Shown here one piece after another: positions 1 through 8,815 of a stretch of DNA of 64,000 nucleotides. The DNA lies in the NCBI GenBank assembly GCA_964386385.1, contig CAYLRN010000004.1, positions 50,054 through 114,053 on the forward strand, in the 5' to 3' direction. Both the position numbers and the translations under genes were made by a program. The notes beneath the pieces are model-generated. The model did not search any database. It saw only the letters and a program-made list of their open reading frames with translations, and was not told the origin of the DNA. Positions within the stretch are counted from its first letter, which is position 1. Each line of letters begins with the position of its first letter. This stretch comes from an uncultured Lentisphaeraceae bacterium. Lineage in GTDB: Bacteria > Verrucomicrobiota > Kiritimatiellia > RFP12 > UBA1067.

Positions 1-2
1 CC

Positions 3-182
3 GGCGGCGGCGCGGCGGAGACGGACGGCAGAGCGAACGCCGCAATCGAACTTCGCCTCGCGCCGTCCGACTCCTCCCCCGTCGTCGCCAGGCTCCCCGC
101 CGGCACTCCCGCGAAGGAGGTCGGCCGCCATCGCTCATGGCGCCGCCTTGAATCCGCCCGCGCAGCCGGCTGGACGAAGTAG
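3..182 (+). CDS. 3' end of an upstream gene, SH3-like C-terminus (partial)
   Basis: Frame is open from the window edge to TAG 180-182. Translation ...AIELRLAPSDSSPVVARLPAGTPAKEVGRHRSWRRLESARAAGWTK fits a bacterial SH3-type pattern. Absent from the ORF track because it is 5'-truncated. Confidence 0.3.
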   Translation, partial: GGGAAETDGRANAAIELRLAPSDSSPVVARLPAGTPAKEVGRHRSWRRLESARAAGWTK

Positions 183-254
183 CGCCGCCGATTCGCCCGC
201 CCCCGGCGTTTCCGGATTTTCCGGACATCCCGGCGCACTTGCCCACTTGACGAC

Positions 255-1514
255 TTAACCAAAGGCCGGGATCTTCAGCGTCTCACCGCCCTTCATGGCG
301 GAAAGGTGGGCGTAGACGCCGGACACCGTCGTGTTCAGGGCGGTCACCACGTCGACGCACGGCTTCCGGCCCAGCAGGATGGCGCGGATGAAGTCGTCGG
401 TCAGATATCCGTGCGAACCGCCATGCGCCCCGGCGGGCATTCCCGGCGGCAGCTGCGGCTTGCAGCGCGCCACGCCTGCGACGAGCGCGTTGTCGCCCAC
501 GTAACGGTCGTTGCGGTAGTTGCCCTTCCGCCCCCAGCAGCGTCCGACCTCGCCGCCCATGCCTGGCATGTCCCAGAAGACGCCCATCCTGGCCGCGCTT
601 CCGTCCTCGCACTTGAAGAACGCGACTTCGGACGCATATGGGTTGCCGTAGCGGTTGCCCTTCGGCGTGTACAGCGGCCTGTCGCTCGGCTTTCCGATGC
701 ACGTCACCTCGGTGAAGCGCCTGTGCGTCACGCACGTGTAGAAGCCGTTGGAGTGGGTGGGATAGTACTGCGGCGGAAGACCCTGCCGCCAGCCGTTGAA
801 CGACCCGACGCCGGCGGCGCCCGGGGCGGTGTAGTGCCAGTACTCGCCTTCCGTGTAGGCGAGTTCGCCGAATCCGCCCGCATCGAATATGGCGCGCATT
901 TCAAAGCACTGCGGACGAAACGCCGTCGTCTCGTTCATCTGGTAGACCTTCCCGCTCTTCTTCACCGCCTCCAGAAGGTCGGGGATGAACTGCAGCTGCT
1001 CCCGCCCCAGGAGCGCGGGCACGGCCGAGCAGACGTGGAGTCCGCGGCGCAGCGCGAGAATGGCCAGACGCACGTGGCTTGGCGCGTCAGTTGCAATGTA
1101 GACCGCCTCAAGCCCCCTCTCCTTTTCGATCATCTCCTCGCACGACCCGTACGCGCGCGGCGCCTTCACGCGCTCCTGCAGCCGCCGCCGGTTTTCGGGA
1201 ATCAGGTCCGTGCAGGCGACCACCTCCACGTTTGGATGGTTCTGAAAGCCGAACGCAGAGCCAAACGAGCAGACTCCCTCGCCCGCGATGCCCACGCGGA
1301 CCCTGCGGTCCGAGAACGGCTTCCACGGCGTCTGATCCAGTTTCCCGACGTTGACCTCGTCAAAGCCGGCAATCGCCTTTCCTCCCGCCGGCCTTGCCTG
1401 CGCTCCGCCCGCGGCCGCCGCGCCAAGCGCGACCGCGCCCATCAGAAAACCGCGCCGGCCAGTCGCCGGCCCTATCCCAGGATGTCGTCCGTCCATGTTC
1501 GCAACCTCCGTCAT
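255..1514 (-). CDS. Gfo/Idh/MocA-family oxidoreductase with Tat signal
   Basis: 419-aa ORF. Twin-arginine signal GRRGFLMGAVALGAAAAGGAQA. Rossmann-like VGIAGEGVCSFGS. The antisense ORF 306..1562 is Arg/Ala/Pro-rich junk. Confidence 0.8.
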   Translation of the reverse strand: MTEVANMDGRHPGIGPATGRRGFLMGAVALGAAAAGGAQARPAGGKAIAGFDEVNVGKLDQTPWKPFSDRRVRVGIAGEGVCSFGSAFGFQNHPNVEVVACTDLIPENRRRLQERVKAPRAYGSCEEMIEKERGLEAVYIATDAPSHVRLAILALRRGLHVCSAVPALLGREQLQFIPDLLEAVKKSGKVYQMNETTAFRPQCFEMRAIFDAGGFGELAYTEGEYWHYTAPGAAGVGSFNGWRQGLPPQYYPTHSNGFYTCVTHRRFTEVTCIGKPSDRPLYTPKGNRYGNPYASEVAFFKCEDGSAARMGVFWDMPGMGGEVGRCWGRKGNYRNDRYVGDNALVAGVARCKPQLPPGMPAGAHGGSHGYLTDDFIRAILLGRKPCVDVVTALNTTVSGVYAHLSAMKGGETLKIPAFG

Positions 1515-1555
1515 TCGTTTCCGTTTGCAGTCTGCCGTCGCCGTTCCATGCCTCC

Positions 1556-1564
1556 ATTATAGCA
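1556..1564 (-). promoter_or_regulatory. extended -10 box TGCTATAAT
   Basis: Plus-strand attatagca reads TGCTATAAT on the minus strand, about 42 nt upstream of ATG 1514. Confidence 0.45.
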
Positions 1565-1594
1565 TTAAGTGGTTAAGTGAGTAAGGATTAAGTT
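1564..1594. repeat. TTAAGT 8-mer array containing the 15-mer ATTAAGTGGTTAAGT
   Basis: attaagtggttaagtgagtaaggattaagtt. The identical 15-mer recurs at 28144..28158 (+) and 35525..35539 (-). Confidence 0.8.
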
Positions 1595-1595
1595 C

Positions 1596-2080
1596 CGGTA
1601 GGGCGCGACGTCCCGTCGCGCCGTTCCGCCCTCGGCGGCGCGTGAGGACACACGCCCTCCCGAGAACGCCCCGTCACGCACCGATAAACCATGTCGCCAT
1701 CGACACATGGGAGGGACGCGCTCCTGCGCGTCCGCCGCAAATGCCACACGGGATGGCGCGTATCCTCACGCGCCGTTGCGCTTGAAAGGGCAACTGAATG
1801 GCTGTCCCCGGCAGGGCGCGACGTCCCGTCGCGCCGTTCGTCCTCAGCGGCGCATGAGGACGAACGCCTCCCGGAACCGCCTTGCCACGCGCCCATAAAA
1901 CACATTTTCATCGGCGGCGGCGGGGCGGGACGCCCCGCCCTACCGTGGAGGTTAAGTGATTAAGGGTTAAGCGGTTAAGTTGCGGATGGTTGACGCGACG
2001 TTCGAGATCCGGTAGGGCGGTCGCCCCACGACCGCCGCATCCGTCTGCGCATCGGTAGGGCGCACCGTCTCGTCCCATCC
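1596..2080. repeat. REP/BIME-like cluster of GC-rich hairpins (also holds a second TTAAGT array at 1949..1981)
   Basis: At least 8 hairpin units, e.g. GTAGGGCGCGACGTCCCGTCGCGCC (1598..1622), GGGAGGGACGCGCTCCTGCGCGTCC, and GGCGGGGCGGGACGCCCCGCCCTACC in both orientations. Confidence 0.75.
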
Positions 2081-2212
2081 CTTCGCGCTGAACGAGTACG
2101 TCTTGCCGGCAATCGACACCTTCACGGACAATGCCGTCCTTTCCGATGCGGTTGGCCGTGATTTCGGCGTATGCCGCGCTTTCCTTTACCCTAAACGCCC
2201 TTCCCTTTTCCG

Positions 2213-2860
2213 TCATTCGTCAAAGAAGCCGTCACGCTCCATTCGCCGAAGGAGCTCAGCCCAATGCTCTTCCGTCATCTCGTTTGCATGAGTCGCCGGC
2301 AGACCCGTGACCGGCATGACAAGAACAAACGGCGCCCATGTAATGGTTGTCAGGGCGCTTGACAGCCGATACGTCCTCTTCAACCCCTTCCTGTCGGACG
2401 CCTCGACGTAAAGCGTATAGACGTCATCCCCCCAGCATGGGACAATCGTCCACGTGAAACCGGAAAGCGCCGCGGCGAAAAGGCTCAGGCCGTTCCATGA
2501 ATTCTGCTGCATGATGTCCATGCGGATGTCGTATTCGCGATTCGCCTCATTGGCAAAACGGCGAATCTCCGTAGTTCTGTGTGAAAACGCCCTTCTGAAC
2601 TGCGAAATCGCCACGCTTTCGTCCTGTGGTCCAACCCATGCTCCCTTCAATTCCGTGGCGTCGTAGACGTCCTTGTCAAAGTCTGCGCTCGTGGAACACC
2701 GGCTTGTCCGGCGAAAACTGTACGCGATGCTCTTTGGAGTCCTGCCATCTCCGGAAGCCGCAGAAGACATGGTGAATTTAGGGGCAATCGTGGAAATGCA
2801 GCCTGAACTCAGCATGATCGCCGCACAGACGGCCGCAATGCAAAATGGATTGTCTTTCAT
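2213..2860 (-). CDS. hypothetical lipoprotein
   Basis: 215-aa ORF with a lipobox-like N-terminus MKDNPFCIAAVCAAIMLSSGC. Its start overlaps the stop of the upstream gene. Confidence 0.6.
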   Translation of the reverse strand: MKDNPFCIAAVCAAIMLSSGCISTIAPKFTMSSAASGDGRTPKSIAYSFRRTSRCSTSADFDKDVYDATELKGAWVGPQDESVAISQFRRAFSHRTTEIRRFANEANREYDIRMDIMQQNSWNGLSLFAAALSGFTWTIVPCWGDDVYTLYVEASDRKGLKRTYRLSSALTTITWAPFVLVMPVTGLPATHANEMTEEHWAELLRRMERDGFFDE

Positions 2861-3417
2861 CTTTCAACTCCGGTGGAGGAACGTTCGGCGACCGGAATCC
2901 GGGAAACCGTCGCCTTTCTGTTGGTGGGCTGCGGCGGCAGTCGAGGAGACGACCACGGTAATGCGGCAAGCCTCTTTCCTTCGGGGGAATCCTGCGCAAC
3001 AGAGCGGACGACCCTGTCATGCTCGTCATAGACCACATAGTAGACGTATTCGGGATAGTCGGCGTTCATCATCTCGATTGGAGTTCCTATGAACTCCCAC
3101 AGGAAAAGCGTCAGGTCGTCGCACAGGCAATGCGCCACGACACGAAGTATCTTCCATCTCATGCGAATGCCGTCGACAAACTGAATCTGCTCAACGTACT
3201 CTTTCCCATCGGCGCTCATGCCAACCGCGACGGGATGCCCATAGATTTCATCGATTTCCCGCTGCGTCTTGCCGGGGACAATGCCATCTGGAGGACGCGC
3301 AAGCGGAAGGCGCGCGGACATGAAGATTGAACATCCCGAAACAAGCAATGCCAGCGCAGACATCGCGAATGGCAATCCAAAACCAGGCCTCACATTCAAT
3401 TCCTTTCCTTTCAACAT
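2857..3417 (-). CDS. hypothetical lipoprotein
   Basis: ORF 2857..3504 trimmed to ATG 3417 (MLKGKELNV...FAMSALALLVSGCS). AAGGA RBS upstream. The longer start would include the promoter and its A11 tract. Confidence 0.55.
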   Translation of the reverse strand: MLKGKELNVRPGFGLPFAMSALALLVSGCSIFMSARLPLARPPDGIVPGKTQREIDEIYGHPVAVGMSADGKEYVEQIQFVDGIRMRWKILRVVAHCLCDDLTLFLWEFIGTPIEMMNADYPEYVYYVVYDEHDRVVRSVAQDSPEGKRLAALPWSSPRLPPQPTNRKATVSRIPVAERSSTGVER

Positions 3418-3453
3418 CCTTGGTCCCAGTGGGGGTTTAATGAAAACAGCCTC

Positions 3454-3482
3454 ATAATAGTTTTTTTTTTTCGCAGTGTCAA
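3454..3482 (-). promoter_or_regulatory. sigma70-like promoter with an A11 tract in the spacer
   Basis: Minus strand reads TTGACA (3482..3477), then CTGCG-A11-C (17 nt), then TATTAT (3459..3454). ATG at 3417. Confidence 0.55.
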
Positions 3483-3562
3483 GACGGTGTTTTTTAAATG
3501 CCAAAAATTCGTCCGCGCCGTGATCTCACGGCCTGTGGACGACGTTGAGTGATTACAAGCCT

Positions 3563-3631
3563 GGGAGGGGGCGCGCTCCTGCGCGACCGAAACGAGGTAG
3601 GATGCGGCGGGGCGGGACGCCCCGCCCTACC
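3563..3631. repeat. REP-like hairpin pair
   Basis: gggagggggcgcgctcctgcgcgacc plus gcggcggggcgggacgccccgccctacc. Confidence 0.7.
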
Positions 3632-3733
3632 GATGAAGCGGCACAATGGCAGAGCGAAGAACCGCCACGACGGCGGTCGCGCCGCCTGGCGATCTCCCCG
3701 CAAATATTGACGCGGGAGAACGAGGATGGTAGA

Positions 3734-5617
3734 ATGGCCCGCATGGAACGTCGACTGAAAATACCGTACGGCATCAAGGACTTCAAGCGCATCCGCGAAG
3801 AGGGCTACTGCTACGTCGACAAGACGGCGTACGTCCGGCGGATGGAGGAGCGCGACAGCTTCGTCTTCTTCGCGCGCCCCAGGCGCATGGGCAAGTCCCT
3901 CTTCGTCGAGACGCTCCGCCGCTACTACGACGTCAACGAAAAGGGCAACTTCAGGAAACTGTTCGGCGGGCTTGACATCGGCGAGACCCCCACCGAGAAC
4001 GCGAACAGATATCTTGTGCTTGCGCTTGACTTTTCGCTGGTCGCCGCCAGTTCCGAGCGAACCCTCGAGCAGGCGTTCGATGACTACATGGGCGTCTGCC
4101 TCGACCTCTTCTTCGACCGGTATCCCTCATGCTATCCGCAGGAGAGACGTCCTGATTTCGCCGCGCTTCCTCCGGAGGCGAAATTCGCCTACCTCTCGCA
4201 GACCGCAAAGGAGCGCGGGGCGCAGATCTACCTGATAATCGACGAATACGACAACTTCACGAACACGATGCTGCGCAGCGAGGCGAACAGGGACTACCGC
4301 GCCGTCACGCACGGCGCCGGGTTCTACCGCGGCTGGTTCAAGAGGTTCAAGGAGGCCTGCTCGCGCATATTCATGACGGGCGTATCGCCCGTCACGATGG
4401 ACGACCTCACGAGCGGCTTCAACATCGCCGCCAACCTCACGCAGGACGAGGACTTCAACGCGATGGCCGGCTTCTCCGAGGAGGAGGTCGTGAAGATGTA
4501 CTCAGACTTCAAGGGCACTGGCCGTTTCACGGAAGGAGACCCCGCCGAGATCGTGCGGTCGATCAAGCCGTGGTACGACGGCTACTGCTTCGCGACGGCC
4601 TGCATCGGGAAGGAGTGCGTGTTCAACAGCGACATGGCGCTATACTACCTGAAGTCGCTCGTCGCCAAGGGCCGGCCGCCGGAGAACATGGTGGACGCCA
4701 ACATCAGGACCGACTACGAAAAGCTGAAGATAATCGCCGAGATCCAGCGGCGGCAAGGCCACTGCGCGGACGCAATGCAAAACGCTGATGGCAAAGGTGG
4801 CACGATGGCAGACGCATATGCCACTGCGGAAGCCAACGGCGGCGCGGGAAAGAACGCCTCCGAAAATGCCAACGACGACATGGAGGAAAGCATGGGCGTG
4901 CTGCCAGTCACGGAGCAGCTGGCGGCGACGGGCGAAATCTCCTTCGACCTCGTGGAGAGCTTTCCGGCGGACAAAATCTCCGACCTCGCGAACTTCCACT
5001 CGCTCTTCCACTACTACGGAATCGTGTCCATGCAGAGCAGGCGCAAGGGCAGCACGGTGTTCAGAATACCCAACGTCTGCGTCCGCCGCCAGCTCTTCGA
5101 CTATCTCCGCGATTCCTACCACAGGACGCGGACGCCGGACTGGATCGAGTGGTCGCATCTCGCATCCGCGTTCGCCTACGACGGCAAATACGAGCCGTTC
5201 CTCACGCGCCTCGCGCGGGACTACGCCGAGACAACGCCGGTTCGCGGCGGCCTCCAGGGCGAGATCCGCGTGCAGGGCTACATGCAGGCGGAGTTCGGAC
5301 ACCTCAAGTTCTATCTCCTCGCGCCGGAAATGGAACTTGCGCGCGGCTTCTGCGACTTCCGCCTGTTTCCCGAGCGCGTCCACTACGGCGACGCCTCGCA
5401 CAGCTACCTGATCGAACTGAAGTACGCGAAGGCGGAGGCTTCGGACGAGGACATGGCCGGCCTGGTCGCGGAGGCGAGGGCGCAGCTTGCGAGATACCGC
5501 GCCGACCGCTCCGTCCCGTCCCTCGCGCGCGGCACGACCCTGCACCAGATCGTCTACGTCTTCCGCGGGACCCGATTGCATGCTCTTGAACAAATCAGCT
5601 GCGAGGCAATGGCTTAA
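3734..5617 (+). CDS. predicted AAA-ATPase-like protein with C-terminal PD-(D/E)XK-like region (DUF1703-type family)
   Basis: Track ORF starts at 3545, but its first 63 codons are translated REP hairpins. ATG 3734 gives MARMERRLKIPYGIKDFKRIREEGYCYVDKTAYV, the family-typical N-terminus. C-terminal HSYLIELKYAK segment. Confidence 0.7.
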   Translation: MARMERRLKIPYGIKDFKRIREEGYCYVDKTAYVRRMEERDSFVFFARPRRMGKSLFVETLRRYYDVNEKGNFRKLFGGLDIGETPTENANRYLVLALDFSLVAASSERTLEQAFDDYMGVCLDLFFDRYPSCYPQERRPDFAALPPEAKFAYLSQTAKERGAQIYLIIDEYDNFTNTMLRSEANRDYRAVTHGAGFYRGWFKRFKEACSRIFMTGVSPVTMDDLTSGFNIAANLTQDEDFNAMAGFSEEEVVKMYSDFKGTGRFTEGDPAEIVRSIKPWYDGYCFATACIGKECVFNSDMALYYLKSLVAKGRPPENMVDANIRTDYEKLKIIAEIQRRQGHCADAMQNADGKGGTMADAYATAEANGGAGKNASENANDDMEESMGVLPVTEQLAATGEISFDLVESFPADKISDLANFHSLFHYYGIVSMQSRRKGSTVFRIPNVCVRRQLFDYLRDSYHRTRTPDWIEWSHLASAFAYDGKYEPFLTRLARDYAETTPVRGGLQGEIRVQGYMQAEFGHLKFYLLAPEMELARGFCDFRLFPERVHYGDASHSYLIELKYAKAEASDEDMAGLVAEARAQLARYRADRSVPSLARGTTLHQIVYVFRGTRLHALEQISCEAMA

Positions 5618-5664
5618 GGGAGGGGAACTTTGCCACCCGCAGAGATGGAGAGAGGGAGTTTCAC

Positions 5665-5766
5665 CGGCAGGGCGCGATGTCCTGTCGCGCCGTTCCGTAT
5701 CGGCGGCGGGGCGAGACGCCCCGCCCTACCTGATGTGGAGTCCCCATGGGAGGGACGCGCTACCGC
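5665..5766. repeat. REP-like hairpin cluster
   Basis: cggcagggcgcgatgtcctgtcgcgcc, cggcggcggggcgagacgccccgccctacc, gggagggacgcgc. Confidence 0.7.
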
Positions 5767-5770
5767 TGGA

Positions 5771-8203
5771 TCACCATTTGGCGTATGGGAGGGGCGGGAA
5801 CGCATTGGGCGTGGCGGGCGGCGCGACCGCCCGCGGCGTTCCGTTCGTACGGCGCGCGTCCTCGGCCTCGGAAATCTCCGCCAAGGTGCGCTTGACGGCC
5901 GCGGAGCCGGGCGCAAGCGTCCGCGCCTTTTCCGCCGTCGCGCGCGCCTCGTCAAGGCGTCCCAGCGCCATTCGGCACATCGCCAGGTTGTTGAGGATTG
6001 CCGCGTCGTCCGGCTGCAGTTCAAGGCATCGTATAAAGCGCTCTTCGGCCTGTGCGTAATGCCCCTGCATGACATAGCTCATGGCCAGTGCGAAATTCGC
6101 CTCAGGGTTGTTCGGCGCCGCGGAGACGATCTGCTCGGCGTAGAACCTGGCGCTCGCGAAGTCCGCGCGCACGAGCGCAAGATGCAGGGCCTCCCGCGGC
6201 GCCACGCGGCGGAGCGTGGAGAGCTGGACTTCGCGCAGCGCCCGCTGGATGTTCCGGATTGCGCCGTTCTTCCGGTCGAGGCCGTCGGACCAGGCGATTT
6301 CCGCCTTGGCCGCATCGGCCCGGCCCATGACGTCCAGGCGGTCCGCCCGCGTCCGCGCCATGCGCGCCAGACGCCACTGGGCTGTCTGAAGCAGGTCATC
6401 CACCAGGCGGTCTGCGCTCGGACGGTCCCCATGCGTCGCATAGCAGGCGAGAATCCCTTCGCCAAGCGCGCGAGCGCGCGCAATCGACTCCGCCATCTTC
6501 GCCTCGTCGTCCGAAACGCGCGCAAGCGTCCCCCAGCACGGCGGCAGCGGCTTCTGGTCGTACTGCCAGACCTCGAAGCCAAGCTGCACTCCGCTCCTGG
6601 CAAGGAGCTCCGGCCGGTCGCGCACCCAGGTGCGCAGCAGGGTCGGCGCGCCCTGACGCGCCGCCAGAGCGTTTTCGCCGTCCGGGACATGGCTCTTGAC
6701 GAGGCTCAATTCAAGCGGACTCATTCCCGCCATGAACGAGAACGGCCACAGCGTCCGCCCCCGCGCCGCGCAGAGGAGGCGAAAGGCATCGTCGAAACGT
6801 CCGTCCGTGAACAGGTACTCGCACCCTTCCGCGTCCGCAAGCACCGCGTCGGCATATTTTCCCAGAATGCGCATCTTCTCGCGCACGGCGGCAGCGCCCC
6901 GGTCGCCGACGAGCGCGGCGAGAAGTCCCGCGACTGCGACGAGCGTCCAGAAGACCGCGCGGCGGTAGCGTCCGCGAATCGTCCACGCAGGCGAACGGGA
7001 TTCGACATCCTCTTCGTAGTTGCCGTTCTCCGCAATGTCCCGCGTCGCGACGATCGGACGCCAGACGTGGCTGCGGCAGAACGCATATACGCCCAGCACT
7101 GCAAGCGACATCAGAAGGATGAACGCCGCAACGCCCGAGAGGAGCATCTGGAAGAGGTCGGACGAGACAAGCGGACGCTCCCCCCACGACCATATCCATA
7201 GCGGCGAGACGACAGACAGCTGGGAAAGAGCGACGAGCGCGCCCGCAAAGAAGCAGAACCCCGTGCGGTACGGAAGGTAGACCTCCTCGTCCGTAGCGCC
7301 GCGCATCATGAACGCCAGCAGGACGGCAGGGAGGACGAGCATGACGAACGCGGAAATCCATCCGAGCGTCCCGGCGGCGTCCGTCCACTGCCGAAGATAG
7401 TCGCGCGCCGCGTCGACGACGAGACGGTCGGGGGCGAATCCGCCCGCCGTGAACCCGTCGTGCCACGACAGCAACGCCACGTTCAGGCATGTGGCCGCGA
7501 TGAAGCCCGCCAGCACGATGAACGAGACCTTCCACGTCACGACGCCCATGCACGTTCGCATCGCCATCGTCGGAGAGCAGAGCACCAGATCGCGCACGAC
7601 AAGTCCGTACAGCGTGAACCCGACCGCCAGTACGAAAATCGCCCACGGCGTCTCCGCGCAGAGAACGCCAGTCAGCAGCGCGCCCGCGTAGAGCGCACCG
7701 TCCGCCTCGGCGAGATGGAACTTCACGAAGAGCCGCAGCGCGAAGAGCAGCATGAAGAACATCAGGAAGTCCGGAGCGAACGACTGCGCACCGCGCCATA
7801 CCGGCTCGGACGCGACGAGCGCGATGGTCGCCAGCGCGGACGCCATGCGCTTCACCGCAAGCCGCCGGCGGCGATGCCGCTCGTAGTCGCAGACGAACAC
7901 CGTCAGCGCGTCCATGCAGAGCAGATGGAACGTCGCCGCCACGCCGCCAAGCACGGCAAACCCCAGTCCACGCGCCGCCCACATGGCGAACTCGACGCCG
8001 CCGAAATGGCAGACGGCGGACATCAGCCCGCGCCACACGCCCGGGAAGAGACTGCCCGCAGGACGCAGAAACGCCGCCTCCGCAAACGGGCGCCACACGG
8101 CCGGATGAAGCCCCGGATAGGCCAGCAGAGCCGCCGCACCCACCGCCAGCAAGGCCAGCAGCGCCGCAAGCGGCCATTCGCGACTCTTCGTCACATCAGT
8201 CAT
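5771..8203 (-). CDS. polytopic membrane protein with C-terminal TPR repeats (DUF2723/glycosyltransferase-like)
   Basis: ORF 5771..8425 trimmed to ATG 8203 (MTDVTKSREWPLAALLALLAV). Many hydrophobic helices, then TPR-like ...YVMQGHYAQAEERFIRCLELQPDDAAILNNLAMCRMALGRLDEA. Confidence 0.7.
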   Translation of the reverse strand: MTDVTKSREWPLAALLALLAVGAAALLAYPGLHPAVWRPFAEAAFLRPAGSLFPGVWRGLMSAVCHFGGVEFAMWAARGLGFAVLGGVAATFHLLCMDALTVFVCDYERHRRRRLAVKRMASALATIALVASEPVWRGAQSFAPDFLMFFMLLFALRLFVKFHLAEADGALYAGALLTGVLCAETPWAIFVLAVGFTLYGLVVRDLVLCSPTMAMRTCMGVVTWKVSFIVLAGFIAATCLNVALLSWHDGFTAGGFAPDRLVVDAARDYLRQWTDAAGTLGWISAFVMLVLPAVLLAFMMRGATDEEVYLPYRTGFCFFAGALVALSQLSVVSPLWIWSWGERPLVSSDLFQMLLSGVAAFILLMSLAVLGVYAFCRSHVWRPIVATRDIAENGNYEEDVESRSPAWTIRGRYRRAVFWTLVAVAGLLAALVGDRGAAAVREKMRILGKYADAVLADAEGCEYLFTDGRFDDAFRLLCAARGRTLWPFSFMAGMSPLELSLVKSHVPDGENALAARQGAPTLLRTWVRDRPELLARSGVQLGFEVWQYDQKPLPPCWGTLARVSDDEAKMAESIARARALGEGILACYATHGDRPSADRLVDDLLQTAQWRLARMARTRADRLDVMGRADAAKAEIAWSDGLDRKNGAIRNIQRALREVQLSTLRRVAPREALHLALVRADFASARFYAEQIVSAAPNNPEANFALAMSYVMQGHYAQAEERFIRCLELQPDDAAILNNLAMCRMALGRLDEARATAEKARTLAPGSAAVKRTLAEISEAEDARRTNGTPRAVAPPATPNAFPPLPYAKW

Positions 8204-8226
8204 CGGACAGCCCCCTCCCCACGCCG

Positions 8227-8799
8227 TCAGGCGTTCTTCCTGCGGCGCAGCGCAAGCAGCCCCGCGCCAACGAGGACGAGAAGTCCCGACGTCGGCTCCG
8301 GCACGGCGGAGAACGACCCCGCCGTCGTCACCCACGAGTTGATGTAGCCCGTCCCGATGCCGGATATCGGTCCCAGCGACTTCTGCACTCCAAGGTCGCT
8401 GTAGCTCAGCCCCGTCGTCGTCCACGACGCCTCATACGATGCGTTGCCGAGCTCGATATAGAAGTAATAGGACGACGAACCGCCCGAAAGCGCCGAAAGG
8501 ACGCCCTCCGGCAACTGCGACAGGTCTGTGCGAAACGTCCACGTGCCATCCGTCCATCCCATGTTCCCCACGCCGCTGAACGCCGAACCGTCGTCCGTTA
8601 TGAGCGTGTTCTTTATCGCAGTCGTGGGCGTCGTCGAAGACGCGCCGCCCTCGCGGTAGGAGACCCACGCCATCTGTGGCTCCTCGGCGTCCACCGACCA
8701 CGGAGTCCCCTCCGTGAAGTCGACCGTCCAGTACAGCCATTCGGCCTGCGCGGCGCACGCGCACAGCAGCGCCACAATGAACATCATGCGTTTCATCAT
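8227..8799 (-). CDS. PEP-CTERM sorting-domain secreted protein
   Basis: Signal peptide MMKRMMFIVALLCACAAQA. C-terminal VPEPTSGLLVLVGAGLLALRRRK. Confidence 0.8.
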   Translation of the reverse strand: MMKRMMFIVALLCACAAQAEWLYWTVDFTEGTPWSVDAEEPQMAWVSYREGGASSTTPTTAIKNTLITDDGSAFSGVGNMGWTDGTWTFRTDLSQLPEGVLSALSGGSSSYYFYIELGNASYEASWTTTGLSYSDLGVQKSLGPISGIGTGYINSWVTTAGSFSAVPEPTSGLLVLVGAGLLALRRRKNA

Positions 8800-8815
8800 T
8801 TTCCTAGCCCCCTTT

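Noticed and set aside
3545-3733. N-terminal extension of the AAA-ATPase-like ORF
   Set aside because: It consists of translated REP hairpins (GRGRAPARP..GGTPRPT). The family-typical N-terminus begins at ATG 3734.
5630-8177. Long ORFs 5630..7201 (+) and 6711..8177 (-, alternative frame)
   Set aside because: They overlap the TPR membrane-protein gene in antisense or shifted frames and have an Arg/Pro/Gly-rich composition.
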